NCBI GenBank assembly: GCA_017960565.1
Contig: JAGCYY010000006.1
Span: 36,675-100,674 of the forward strand
Source of the DNA: a bacterium
GTDB taxonomy: Bacteria > Bacillota_I > Bacilli_A > Izemoplasmatales > UBA1188
DNA length: 64,000 nucleotides
Direction: 5' to 3'
The notes beneath the pieces are model-generated. The model saw nothing but the letters and a program-made list of their open reading frames with translations. It searched no databases and was not told the DNA's origin. Below are positions 18,594-27,213 of this stretch, one piece after another (position 1 is the first letter of the stretch; the number at the start of each line of letters is the position of its first letter). The translations under genes were made by a program, and so were the position numbers.

Positions 18594-18675
18594 AAAACGT
18601 GACTGAGTGAAGTGAACTGAAAAAGTTGGACCAACAACTTTGGAGGTTCACTTCAGAGTTCACGTTTTTATTTTG
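18594..18675 (+). terminator. Long-stem rho-independent terminator
   Basis: AAAAACGTGACTGAGTGAAGTGAAC...GTTCACTTCAGAGTTCACGTTTTTATTTTG: extended imperfect hairpin followed by a T-run. Confidence 0.8.
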
Positions 18676-18705
18676 CAAAAAATCATTTCAAAGACATTAG
18701 ATTTG

Positions 18706-18734
18706 TTGACAAACGAACATAAAAATGTTAAATT
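18706..18734 (+). promoter_or_regulatory. Sigma-A-type promoter of the zur-znu operon
   Basis: TTGACA (18706-18711), 17-nt spacer, TAAATT (18729-18734) preceded by TGt (extended -10). Confidence 0.6.
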
Positions 18735-18757
18735 AATTTGCGAGTTACTTGCAAATT
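18735..18757. promoter_or_regulatory. Candidate Zur/Fur-family operator (AATTTGC-N9-GCAAATT)
   Basis: A 7-nt perfect inverted repeat immediately downstream of the -10 and upstream of the zur RBS. Confidence 0.5.
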
Positions 18758-18769
18758 GGTGGAGATTAT

Positions 18770-19171
18770 ATGAAAAATTACAATACTCAACAAAGACAAC
18801 TGCTTCTTAATATTCTTAAAAAACATGTAGACGAATCAATATCTACTTCTTTTATCATATCTGAATTATCAGAATTCGATATTAGCGAAAGTGCAGTATA
18901 TAGAAACCTACTTCTTCTTGAAGAAGAGGGAAGACTTAGAAGAACTTCAAAGCCAGGCGATAGAAAAACTTATTATCAATATATCGATGAAGATGAATGC
19001 AGAAATCATATACATATTTCATGTGTTAAATGTGGAAAGACATCACATGTATCGCATATTTTAAGTGAAAACCTTGCTAAAAGCCTTGTTGATGAAGATG
19101 ATTTTGAATTAGATAACAATGAAACTGTAATATATGGAATATGTAAAGATTGTAAAGGTAAATTATCATGA
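18770..19171 (+). CDS. zur: Fur-family metalloregulator, probably Zur
   Basis: MKNYNTQQRQLLLNIL... has a winged-helix N-terminus. HISCVKCGK...CKDCKG supplies the two CxxC pairs. First gene of a zinc-type ABC operon. The start at 18770 has a GGTGGAG RBS. Confidence 0.75.
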   Translation: MKNYNTQQRQLLLNILKKHVDESISTSFIISELSEFDISESAVYRNLLLLEEEGRLRRTSKPGDRKTYYQYIDEDECRNHIHISCVKCGKTSHVSHILSENLAKSLVDEDDFELDNNETVIYGICKDCKGKLS

Positions 19172-20091
19172 ATAAAAAGTGGTTATGTTTATTTATTATT
19201 CTCTTTTCGTTGTTTTTTGCTTCTTCTTGCACAAAAAAGAGTAAAAAAGAATATGATTTTAGGATTGTAACAATAGATTATTCAGTCTATGATTGGACAA
19301 TGAATATTTTAGGAGAAAAAAATAAGGATTTTGATGTTACCTATTTATTAGATAATGGTGTAGATATCCATAGTTATCAGCCATCTATTAATGATATTAA
19401 AGCGATATCTTCTTCTGATCTTTTCATCTACATTGGCGGAGAAAGCGAATCTTGGATAGAGGATTTATCTATCAAAAACAAATTGTGTCTTTTTGATTTT
19501 CTTGAAAATATAAAAGATGAAGAAATTGTCGATGGGATGAAAGATGAAGAAACAGATATTGATGAACATATATGGATGTCTTTAAAAAATGCGATAATAT
19601 TTGTTTCAGTTATTGAAAATAAAATATGTGAAATAGATGCTTTAAACAAGGAAAGATATAAAGAAAATAGTGAAGCATATATTCAGAAATTAGAAAATCT
19701 AGATAATGAGTATACATCTAGTATAGAAAATAGTGCTAAAGATACAATTCTTGTAGGAGATAGATTTCCGTTTAGGTATCTAGTTGATGATTATAATCTA
19801 AATTATTATGCTGCCTTTCTTGGATGTTCATCTGAGACTGAGGCAAGTTTTAACACAATTATATCTTTAGCTAAAAAGATTGATGAACTTAACTTATCAA
19901 CAATTCTTATTACTGAAAGTTCTAACGGAAGAATTGCTGAAACTATAAAAGAAAACACAAGAGATAAAAATCAAAACATTTTAGTATTAAATTCTTTACA
20001 GTCAGCAACATCCAAAGATTATAAGAAAGGAAAAACTTATCTTTCAATAATGGTAGAAAACTTAGAAATATTGAAAGAAGCTCTTAAGTAG
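19168..20091 (+). CDS. Metal (zinc-type) ABC transporter substrate-binding lipoprotein, TroA/ZnuA family
   Basis: Lipobox FFASSC. IHSYQPS and DEHIWMSL match conserved metal-ligand His motifs of cluster-9 SBPs. 4-nt overlap with zur. Confidence 0.8.
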   Translation: MNKKWLCLFIILFSLFFASSCTKKSKKEYDFRIVTIDYSVYDWTMNILGEKNKDFDVTYLLDNGVDIHSYQPSINDIKAISSSDLFIYIGGESESWIEDLSIKNKLCLFDFLENIKDEEIVDGMKDEETDIDEHIWMSLKNAIIFVSVIENKICEIDALNKERYKENSEAYIQKLENLDNEYTSSIENSAKDTILVGDRFPFRYLVDDYNLNYYAAFLGCSSETEASFNTIISLAKKIDELNLSTILITESSNGRIAETIKENTRDKNQNILVLNSLQSATSKDYKKGKTYLSIMVENLEILKEALK

Positions 20092-20099
20092 GCATAAAT

Positions 20100-20798
20100 A
20101 TGACGGAACTAATATGCAAAAATTTATCTATTGGCTATGACAATAGTATAGTTGTCGATAATTTATCGTTCGAAGTTAATAGTGGTGATTATTTAGCTAT
20201 TGTTGGGGAAAATGGTGTCGGTAAATCTACACTAATTAAGACAATCTTAGGTTTGATTAAACCTATGTCTGGAGAAATTGAGTTTTCAAATGGACTCAAA
20301 AGAACTGACATTGGTTATCTACCTCAACAAACTAATATTCAAAAAGATTTTCCTGCTTCTGTTTTAGAGGTTGTGTTATCTGGGAACGTTTCCAAAATGG
20401 GATTTAGGCCATTTTATAATAATGAAGAAAAAGAAAAAGCTAGGAAATGCCTTGAAAAAATGGAATTAAGGGATATTGAGAAAAAATCTTATAGAGATCT
20501 ATCTGGTGGTCAGCAACAAAGAGTTCTTCTTGCAAGAGCACTATGTGCTACAGAAAAGATATTGCTTCTTGATGAACCAGTCTCTAGTTTAGATCCAAAA
20601 GGTACTATAGATATGTATAGTATAATTAGAGAACTAAATAGTGCTGGCACAACAATCATTATGATTTCACATGATTTAAATTCGGCTATTAAAGACGCGA
20701 ATAAAGTTCTTCATATAGGACATAATATATTCTTTGGTGAAAAGAATGAATATTTAAATAGTGAAATTGGAAAAAGGTTCATTGGAATGGAGATATAG
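20100..20798 (+). CDS. Metal ABC transporter ATP-binding protein (ZnuC-like)
   Basis: Walker A GENGVGKST, signature LSGGQQQR, Walker B LLLDEP. Confidence 0.85.
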   Translation: MTELICKNLSIGYDNSIVVDNLSFEVNSGDYLAIVGENGVGKSTLIKTILGLIKPMSGEIEFSNGLKRTDIGYLPQQTNIQKDFPASVLEVVLSGNVSKMGFRPFYNNEEKEKARKCLEKMELRDIEKKSYRDLSGGQQQRVLLARALCATEKILLLDEPVSSLDPKGTIDMYSIIRELNSAGTTIIMISHDLNSAIKDANKVLHIGHNIFFGEKNEYLNSEIGKRFIGMEI

Positions 20799-20801
20799 GT
20801 T

Positions 20802-21653
20802 ATGGGTGAAATATTTGAACAATTAATGACGTATCTTGAATTTCCTTTTGTCCGTTATGCATTTATTGTCGGTATATTGGTATCAATATGTGCATCATTA
20901 TTAGGTGTTACTCTTGTCCTTAAAAGATTTTCATATATTGGTGATGGGCTTTCGCATGTGGCATTTGGTGCAATGGCTGTTGCAGCCATCGCAGGACTTA
21001 CTAATAAAATGATAATTGCGATGCCTGTAACTATTATTGTTGCGATTCTTATTCTAAAAACTAAACAAAATAAAATGAGTGGTGATTCTCTTATCGCAAT
21101 GATTTCTGTAGGGGCACTTGCCTTGGGTTATCTCTTGATGAATATATTTCCTTCATCTTCTAATATCAGTGCAGATGTTTGTACATCGCTATTTGGATCT
21201 ACATTGATATTAACCTTATCAAAGACAGAAGTGTGGATATGTCTCGCACTATCTATTCTGATTCTTGTATTGTTTGTAGTATTTTATAATAAAATATTTG
21301 CGATTACATTTGACGAAAATTTCGCAACTGCAACAGGAACTAAAACAGGAATTTATAATTTAACCATTGCAATAATAATCGCTATAGTGGTTGTGCTTGC
21401 GATGAATCTTGTTGGATCGTTACTTATATCCGCACTTGTAATATTCCCTGCGCTTTCTTCAATGAGGGTATTTAATAATTTTAAATCTGTGACTATAAGT
21501 TCGATGATTGTATCAGTTGTTTGTGCTGTCGTCGGCTTAATAGCATCAATAATTTGGAGCACTCCTGTTGGGCCAACAATTGTTGTAGTGGATATTATAA
21601 TATTTTTTATATTCTTCGCTGCTGGGCTTATTAAAAGAAAAGCAGTTCAATAA
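20802..21653 (+). CDS. Metal ABC transporter permease (ABC-3/ZnuB-like)
   Basis: 283 aa with about 8 TM helices. Typical ABC-3 sequence (GDGLSHVAFGAMA) and operon position. Confidence 0.8.
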   Translation: MGEIFEQLMTYLEFPFVRYAFIVGILVSICASLLGVTLVLKRFSYIGDGLSHVAFGAMAVAAIAGLTNKMIIAMPVTIIVAILILKTKQNKMSGDSLIAMISVGALALGYLLMNIFPSSSNISADVCTSLFGSTLILTLSKTEVWICLALSILILVLFVVFYNKIFAITFDENFATATGTKTGIYNLTIAIIIAIVVVLAMNLVGSLLISALVIFPALSSMRVFNNFKSVTISSMIVSVVCAVVGLIASIIWSTPVGPTIVVVDIIIFFIFFAAGLIKRKAVQ

Positions 21654-21657
21654 AATA

Positions 21658-21698
21658 AAGAGATAACGGATTAAAAATTCGTTATCTCTTTTGTTTTT
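21658..21698. terminator. Bidirectional terminator between the convergent znuB-like and DUF1846 genes
   Basis: AAGAGATAACG-gattaaaaatt-CGTTATCTCTT, with a flanking A-run and T-run. Confidence 0.75.
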
Positions 21699-23181
21699 AT
21701 TTATTATATAGCTTTCTTGCGTATGAGACTGGTTCTTCTGTCACATAAACACCAAGTTTATTAAAGATCTTATAGTCATATTGATCTAAGATGACAGATG
21801 AATGTGCTTCACATCCTCTAAGTTTAGGCAGTTGTTTTAAAGCGATTTCAGCAAGAGGATTTGTACTAGCTTGAATAGCGAGAGCGATAAGCACCTCATC
21901 AGCGTGTATTCTTGGATTATGATTCTTTAAATCATTTATCTTAAGCATTCCAATAGGTTCAATGACACTTGGTGATATCAGCGGAATAGAATCATCTATT
22001 TTGCCAATAACTTTAAGAGCGTTTAAGAGAAGTGCTGCAGATGAATCAAATAATTCGCTTCTTCTTCCTGTGACAATTTTTCCTGAAGATAGTTCAATAG
22101 CCATTGAAGGATAACCACAAGATTGTGATTTTTTAAGACATGCTTCAACACATTTTCTATCATTAGTTGAAATGTTTAATTTGTTCATAAGCATCTCTTC
22201 TTTCATAACTGCATCATCAGAGAACTTGCCGTAGAAATTATTTTTCTTTGCTTGATAATATCTTCTAATGATTTCTTTCTTACAGGCTTTAACTACTAAA
22301 TCATCATTTTGAATTGCGAATCCTATCATATTAACACCCATATCTGTTGGAGAGTTATATGGGCTCGATCCATATATTTTTTCAAATATAGCTTTAAGAA
22401 GTGGGAATGTTTCAACATCTCTATTATAATTTACTGCAAGCTTGTTGTAGGCTTCTAAGTGATATGGATCAATCATGTTTACATCACTTAAATCAACTGT
22501 AGCAGCTTCATATGCAAGATTGATTGGGTGGTTTAAAGGTAGGCTCCACACTGGAAATGTTTCAAATTTAGCATAACCAGCACGAACACCTCTTTTGTTT
22601 TCGTGATATAGTTGTGATAGACATGTAGCCATTTTTCCTGAACCAGGTCCTGGTGCAGTGACAACAACTAATGGTCTAGATGTTTCAATATATTCATTCT
22701 TGCCAAGACCATCTTCACTAACAGTTAGAGAAATGTTTTGAGGATAGCCATTGATTTTATAATGTTTATATACTTTTATATCATTTTTAACAAGTTTGTT
22801 TTCAAAAGCATCAACAAGTGGGGTTGATTGATAGAAAGATAATACTACACTTGATACATAGAAATCAGCGGCATGGAAAGCATCGATCAATCTTTCTACT
22901 TCTGATTCATAAGTGATTCCAAGATCGTTTCTTACTTTGTTTGAATTTATGTCGTTAGCGTTAACTGCTACAACTATTTCTATATCGTTTTTCATTCCTG
23001 AAAGCATTTTTATTTTACTATCAGGTTGGAAACCTGGAAGGACTCTAGATGCATGATAGTCATCAAATAGTTTACCTCCTATTTCCATATATAGTTTGTT
23101 TTCAAAAGAAGAAATCCTTTTCATAATTTCTTCTCTTTGTATCTTTAAATACAAATTATTATCAAACGCTTGTTTTGCCAT
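21697..23181 (-). CDS. DUF1846 (UPF0371) family protein
   Basis: 494 aa. The N-terminus FDNNLYLKIQREEI...GGKLFDDYHASRVLPGF is characteristic of UPF0371. Confidence 0.7.
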   Translation of the reverse strand: MAKQAFDNNLYLKIQREEIMKRISSFENKLYMEIGGKLFDDYHASRVLPGFQPDSKIKMLSGMKNDIEIVVAVNANDINSNKVRNDLGITYESEVERLIDAFHAADFYVSSVVLSFYQSTPLVDAFENKLVKNDIKVYKHYKINGYPQNISLTVSEDGLGKNEYIETSRPLVVVTAPGPGSGKMATCLSQLYHENKRGVRAGYAKFETFPVWSLPLNHPINLAYEAATVDLSDVNMIDPYHLEAYNKLAVNYNRDVETFPLLKAIFEKIYGSSPYNSPTDMGVNMIGFAIQNDDLVVKACKKEIIRRYYQAKKNNFYGKFSDDAVMKEEMLMNKLNISTNDRKCVEACLKKSQSCGYPSMAIELSSGKIVTGRRSELFDSSAALLLNALKVIGKIDDSIPLISPSVIEPIGMLKINDLKNHNPRIHADEVLIALAIQASTNPLAEIALKQLPKLRGCEAHSSVILDQYDYKIFNKLGVYVTEEPVSYARKLYNK

Positions 23182-23283
23182 AAACTTGTCCTCTAAAACG
23201 ATAGTTTTTTTATAATATATATTCTAACTTGAAATGAAAAAATATCAATAGAAAATTTAAGTTTTTAATTAAAAATTAAATAT

Positions 23284-23323
23284 ATAAAAAATTCTCCAGT
23301 TATATTTTTGTTTGTTGGAGAAT
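23284..23323 (-). terminator. Rho-independent terminator after the VOC-family gene
   Basis: ATTCTCCA-17 nt-TGGAGAAT (23291-23323), with T-runs on both strands. Confidence 0.65.
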
Positions 23324-23335
23324 TTTTTTGCATTT

Positions 23336-23875
23336 TTATCTAAGTCTTTCAGTATCTTTAGTTTTAAGTCCGAGCCAAAGGCTAAATGCCGTTCTTCCAC
23401 CTAATCTCATCTTGCCAAGTCTTTGTTCAGCACCTTCGACTATACAGCCAAAACCATCACCCGGTCTTGTCATATATGCAAAACGACATTTACTATGTGT
23501 TCCATTTACGAGTCCGTTTTGTGTTACTTCAAATCCTTTTTTCTTATATTCTTCAATCCATTTATCTAAGTCTTTTACAAAGAAACTTATGTGATGAAGA
23601 CCGCCTGCAGGATTTAGTTTTAAGAATCTACTATAAATGTTGTCGATACCTGGCCCAACAGTTATGAGTTCTATTTCTGTTTTACCACAATATCCGATTG
23701 CCATATCATATCCAGGATCAGTAAATGGTTTTCCTTCAAAATATAATTCGCCTTGTGGTTCATTTACTGGTCTATACCATTTTTTGATGTTATAGACAGC
23801 ACCATATTTGTCCATTCCTTCTTCCATATTAGGAACGACAAAACCTAGTTGATTAACCATTTTATATTTTTTCAT
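23336..23875 (-). CDS. VOC (glyoxalase/bleomycin-resistance/dioxygenase) superfamily protein
   Basis: Start ATG 23875 (MKKYKMVNQLGFVV) with GAGG 9 nt upstream. LGFVV...GLHHISFFVKDLD resembles paired beta-alpha-beta-beta-beta VOC modules. Confidence 0.6.
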   Translation of the reverse strand: MKKYKMVNQLGFVVPNMEEGMDKYGAVYNIKKWYRPVNEPQGELYFEGKPFTDPGYDMAIGYCGKTEIELITVGPGIDNIYSRFLKLNPAGGLHHISFFVKDLDKWIEEYKKKGFEVTQNGLVNGTHSKCRFAYMTRPGDGFGCIVEGAEQRLGKMRLGGRTAFSLWLGLKTKDTERLR

Positions 23876-23876
23876 A

Positions 23877-24689
23877 TTATTTAGCCTCATTTATTGGTTC
23901 AATATCATTTTCATATCCAGCAAGCTTGTTTGCACGAATTAGCCAGCTTGAAAGTTTTGGGCTGATGCAGTCAGCGACTATTAGTAATCTTGAAGAAAAT
24001 CTTGGCACAATGATCTCTGGTTTTTTCTTTATTACACATTTAACAGCGGCTTTTGCGACGATGATTGGATCATTTTTCTTAGAGATTTTAGGACAATCTA
24101 CATGTTTGATTTGTGGAGTATCCATTCTTCCTGGGAAGATTACACCGATGTGTACGTTTGTTCCTCTAAGTTCTTGACGTAGAACTTGGAAGAAGCCATT
24201 CATTGCGAATTTACTAGCTACATATGCTGAATCAGGAGGTAGTCCAACTTTTCCATCAACTGAACATGTAGAAATAAATGAACCAGAATTCTTTTCTAAG
24301 AAATATGGGAGTATTGAATATAGACAGTTAAGTGAACCATAATAATTTACTTCCATTATTTTTCTTATTTGATCGATTCTTAAGTCTTTTGCAGCACATC
24401 TTAAATAGATTCCAGCATTAGAATGGAAGATATCGATAGATCCGAATTCTTCTATTGTTTTATTGATGGCATCTTTTATAGATTCTTGGTCTGTTACATC
24501 ACCAATAAATACTAAAGCTTTTCTATTTAAAGCTTCAATCTCTTTTTTTACTTCTTCAAGTCTTTCTTTGTTTCTTGAAAATAATGCGACATTGGCGCCT
24601 TCTTTTGCAAACTCTATTGCGGTTACTCTACCGATCCCGCTTGAAGCACCAGTGATGAATACATTCTTATCTAATAATCTTTGTTTCAT
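23877..24689 (-). CDS. Short-chain dehydrogenase/reductase (SDR)
   Basis: TGASSGIG cofactor motif, NAG, and catalytic YVASK (YxxxK). Confidence 0.85.
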   Translation of the reverse strand: MKQRLLDKNVFITGASSGIGRVTAIEFAKEGANVALFSRNKERLEEVKKEIEALNRKALVFIGDVTDQESIKDAINKTIEEFGSIDIFHSNAGIYLRCAAKDLRIDQIRKIMEVNYYGSLNCLYSILPYFLEKNSGSFISTCSVDGKVGLPPDSAYVASKFAMNGFFQVLRQELRGTNVHIGVIFPGRMDTPQIKHVDCPKISKKNDPIIVAKAAVKCVIKKKPEIIVPRFSSRLLIVADCISPKLSSWLIRANKLAGYENDIEPINEAK

Positions 24690-24829
24690 TTTCTCTCCTT
24701 TGCTACAGATATATTTTAAAGAAATGATTTGTTATAAACAAGAAAAGGTTATTCTCTATTATTTAGATAACCCATTATAGATTTCAAAAATGTATTAAAT
24801 ATAATAAAATCTTAAAAATATTGATATTT

Positions 24830-25510
24830 TTATTGTTTATCGTTTAAAAGATCTTTTCTTCTTTCTTTTGTCCTTTTGAAAGCTTCTTCTTTTCGCCATT
24901 TATCAATTTCTTGATGATTTCCTGATACAAGAACTTCAGGAACAGTCATTCCTAAAAAATCAAATGGTTTTGTATATTGTGGATATTCTAATAAATTATT
25001 TTCAAAAGAATCTATAGGTGCACTATCGTCATTATGTAGTACCCCTTTAATGAGTCTAGATACACTATCTATTATCACCATCGCAGGGATTTCGCCACCC
25101 GTTAGTACATAATCACCTATAGATATTTCTTCATCGACAAACGTTCTAATTCTTTCATCAAAGCCTTCATAATGTCCACATATTAGGATGATGTGTTCAT
25201 AATTTACGAGTTCTTTTGCGACAGTTTGAGAATATTTTCTTCCTTGTGGTGTTAAAAGAATTTTATGAGCTTTTTCATATCCTTCTATGTCATGCAGACA
25301 ATCATATATTGGAGGGCACATAAGAACCATTCCAGCACCACCACCATATGGTGAATCATCGACATTGTGATGTTTGAACTTTGAATAATCTCTAAAGTTG
25401 TGAAGTTTTACTGATATTAGATTGTTTTCGATTGCGCGCTTTAAAATAGAATCTTGTAAGATTCCTTCAAACATCTCTGGGAACAATGTTAAACAATCAA
25501 ATTTAATCAT
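24830..25510 (-). CDS. trmD: tRNA (guanine37-N1)-methyltransferase
   Basis: 226 aa. FDCLTLFPEMF, DDSPYGGGAGMV and GHYEGFDERI are canonical TrmD motifs. 4-nt overlap with rimM. Confidence 0.92.
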   Translation of the reverse strand: MIKFDCLTLFPEMFEGILQDSILKRAIENNLISVKLHNFRDYSKFKHHNVDDSPYGGGAGMVLMCPPIYDCLHDIEGYEKAHKILLTPQGRKYSQTVAKELVNYEHIILICGHYEGFDERIRTFVDEEISIGDYVLTGGEIPAMVIIDSVSRLIKGVLHNDDSAPIDSFENNLLEYPQYTKPFDFLGMTVPEVLVSGNHQEIDKWRKEEAFKRTKERRKDLLNDKQ

Positions 25511-26010
25511 AATAATCCTTCCATATCCGTTATATAGATTACTTTGTTTTCATCATCTATTGAATCGATAAATTCATCTAACAAAGGAACCATTTTTTCT
25601 TTTTCATCCTTTTCTAGTTTGATGATGAGATAGTCGCACTGTGGAAGAGCATCAATTCTTATTACTTTTCCTACGATATTGTTGAAGTATGAAACATTTA
25701 GATCTATGAGATCAGAATAGAAATGCTCATTCTCTTTTAATAGATTTTTATCTTTTTCTGCATATAATATCTTTGATAAATATGGCATTACATCATCGAT
25801 TGATTCTAGCCCTTCAAATGACACTAACTCATAATTGAGCATCGATCTATGTGATTTTACCACAAGGGGTTTATAGCCTTTATTTGATTTTATATATAAT
25901 GTGGCACCTACTTTAAATCTTTCATCCACAAAAGAGGAGTCAGTTTTGACTTTAACTTCTCCTTTGATTCCGTGTGTTTGTACGATTTTACCACAATCAT
26001 TGTATTCCAT
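25507..26010 (-). CDS. rimM: 16S rRNA processing protein RimM
   Basis: 167 aa. GKIVQTHGIKGEVKV N-terminal motif, PRC-barrel-like C-terminus, and position upstream of trmD. Confidence 0.85.
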   Translation of the reverse strand: MEYNDCGKIVQTHGIKGEVKVKTDSSFVDERFKVGATLYIKSNKGYKPLVVKSHRSMLNYELVSFEGLESIDDVMPYLSKILYAEKDKNLLKENEHFYSDLIDLNVSYFNNIVGKVIRIDALPQCDYLIIKLEKDEKEKMVPLLDEFIDSIDDENKVIYITDMEGLL

Positions 26011-26025
26011 TATATATACCTTATT

Positions 26026-27198
26026 TTAAAAATCTAATGTAGATGTTTCTTGTAATAGTTTATGTAATAAGTTTTTGAGCATTGACATTTCTTCTTGATA
26101 TGTTGGTTCTTCTTTTCTGTGTTTAGATACATATCTAATCATGTGGACAGCATTTAGACATTCAATTTTTTTATTTACTTCATTAATTCTATTTTCATCA
26201 TCTGTCTTAAGATATAGGCGAATAAATTTAGGCCATATTTTTGAATATACATCCTTGTCCATACCAAGGAAACTTTGTACCTTTTCTTCTGAAACTAAAC
26301 CTAAACCAACATATGCAAAATATGTGTCTGTAAGATCGAATATTGGATGGCCATATGAAAGAGTATCCATATCTATCATAAGTGCTTCGTTATTTTGAAG
26401 CATAATATTGTTTGTGTGAAAGTCACAGTGAAGCATCTTAAGAGGAGCTGGAAGTGCTTTAATTAAAGATTCAACTTTTAGGTAATCTTCATTATCTAAA
26501 TATTCTTTGGCAGATTGAATCCATTTTCCACCAATCTCAAGATTTGCGTTTGGCATATCAGTAGGTTTTACATCTGTGGAATGAATTATATGAATAAGTT
26601 CCACCATTTGTTCAACATATCTATCTAAATTTTCACTATATCTTGCGATAGCTTCAGACATAGATAAAGCATCTAATAACTCAAATACAGAACCGAATTT
26701 ATCTCCCACCTTAACGACATCAAAAGAAATTGATGTAGGAACACCTAAAATGAATGCTTTTCTTGCGAGTTCTCTTTCTCTATTTATTTCATCTAAACAA
26801 TCATTGTTTTTGTAAACTTTAATGATTGTATCAGCATTGTATTTATATACTGTGCCTTTTGCGCCCTTTCCGATGATTTCACATCCATCGACAGACATTT
26901 TTCTAAATGCTTTTTCAATCTTTATCATTTCTGAAAAACCAGTCATTTCAAAGATTTCATAGACTTCTGTGTTCGCATTTATTACTCTTAGTGTCGCTTC
27001 TTTCTTTCTTAATCTTAAGATTACTCTAAGACCCGCTGATGAAATATACTTAAGGTTTTCAGCATCTATTACGATACTTCCTTCTTTATATTTTTCTCTG
27101 ATCTCTTGAATCTCTTTCTCAACAGCTTCAGCGTTTGTGGTTTCAAGTCTTTCGCCTAATACTAGATATAGGGTATCATCTTTAAATTCGTGTTTCAT
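26026..27198 (-). CDS. STAS domain fused to an aminoglycoside/choline-kinase-fold (protein-kinase-like) domain
   Basis: Start ATG 27198 (GGTG RBS 9 nt upstream; the track GTG 27210 has no spacing). STAS: LYLVLGERLETTNA...LKYISSAGLRVIL...EIFEMTGF. Kinase fold: IGKGAKGTVYK, IIKVYK, HCDFHTNN (26407-26430) and MIDMD. Confidence 0.75.
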   Translation of the reverse strand: MKHEFKDDTLYLVLGERLETTNAEAVEKEIQEIREKYKEGSIVIDAENLKYISSAGLRVILRLRKKEATLRVINANTEVYEIFEMTGFSEMIKIEKAFRKMSVDGCEIIGKGAKGTVYKYNADTIIKVYKNNDCLDEINRERELARKAFILGVPTSISFDVVKVGDKFGSVFELLDALSMSEAIARYSENLDRYVEQMVELIHIIHSTDVKPTDMPNANLEIGGKWIQSAKEYLDNEDYLKVESLIKALPAPLKMLHCDFHTNNIMLQNNEALMIDMDTLSYGHPIFDLTDTYFAYVGLGLVSEEKVQSFLGMDKDVYSKIWPKFIRLYLKTDDENRINEVNKKIECLNAVHMIRYVSKHRKEEPTYQEEMSMLKNLLHKLLQETSTLDF

Positions 27199-27213
27199 AT
27201 TAGTTTGCACCTC

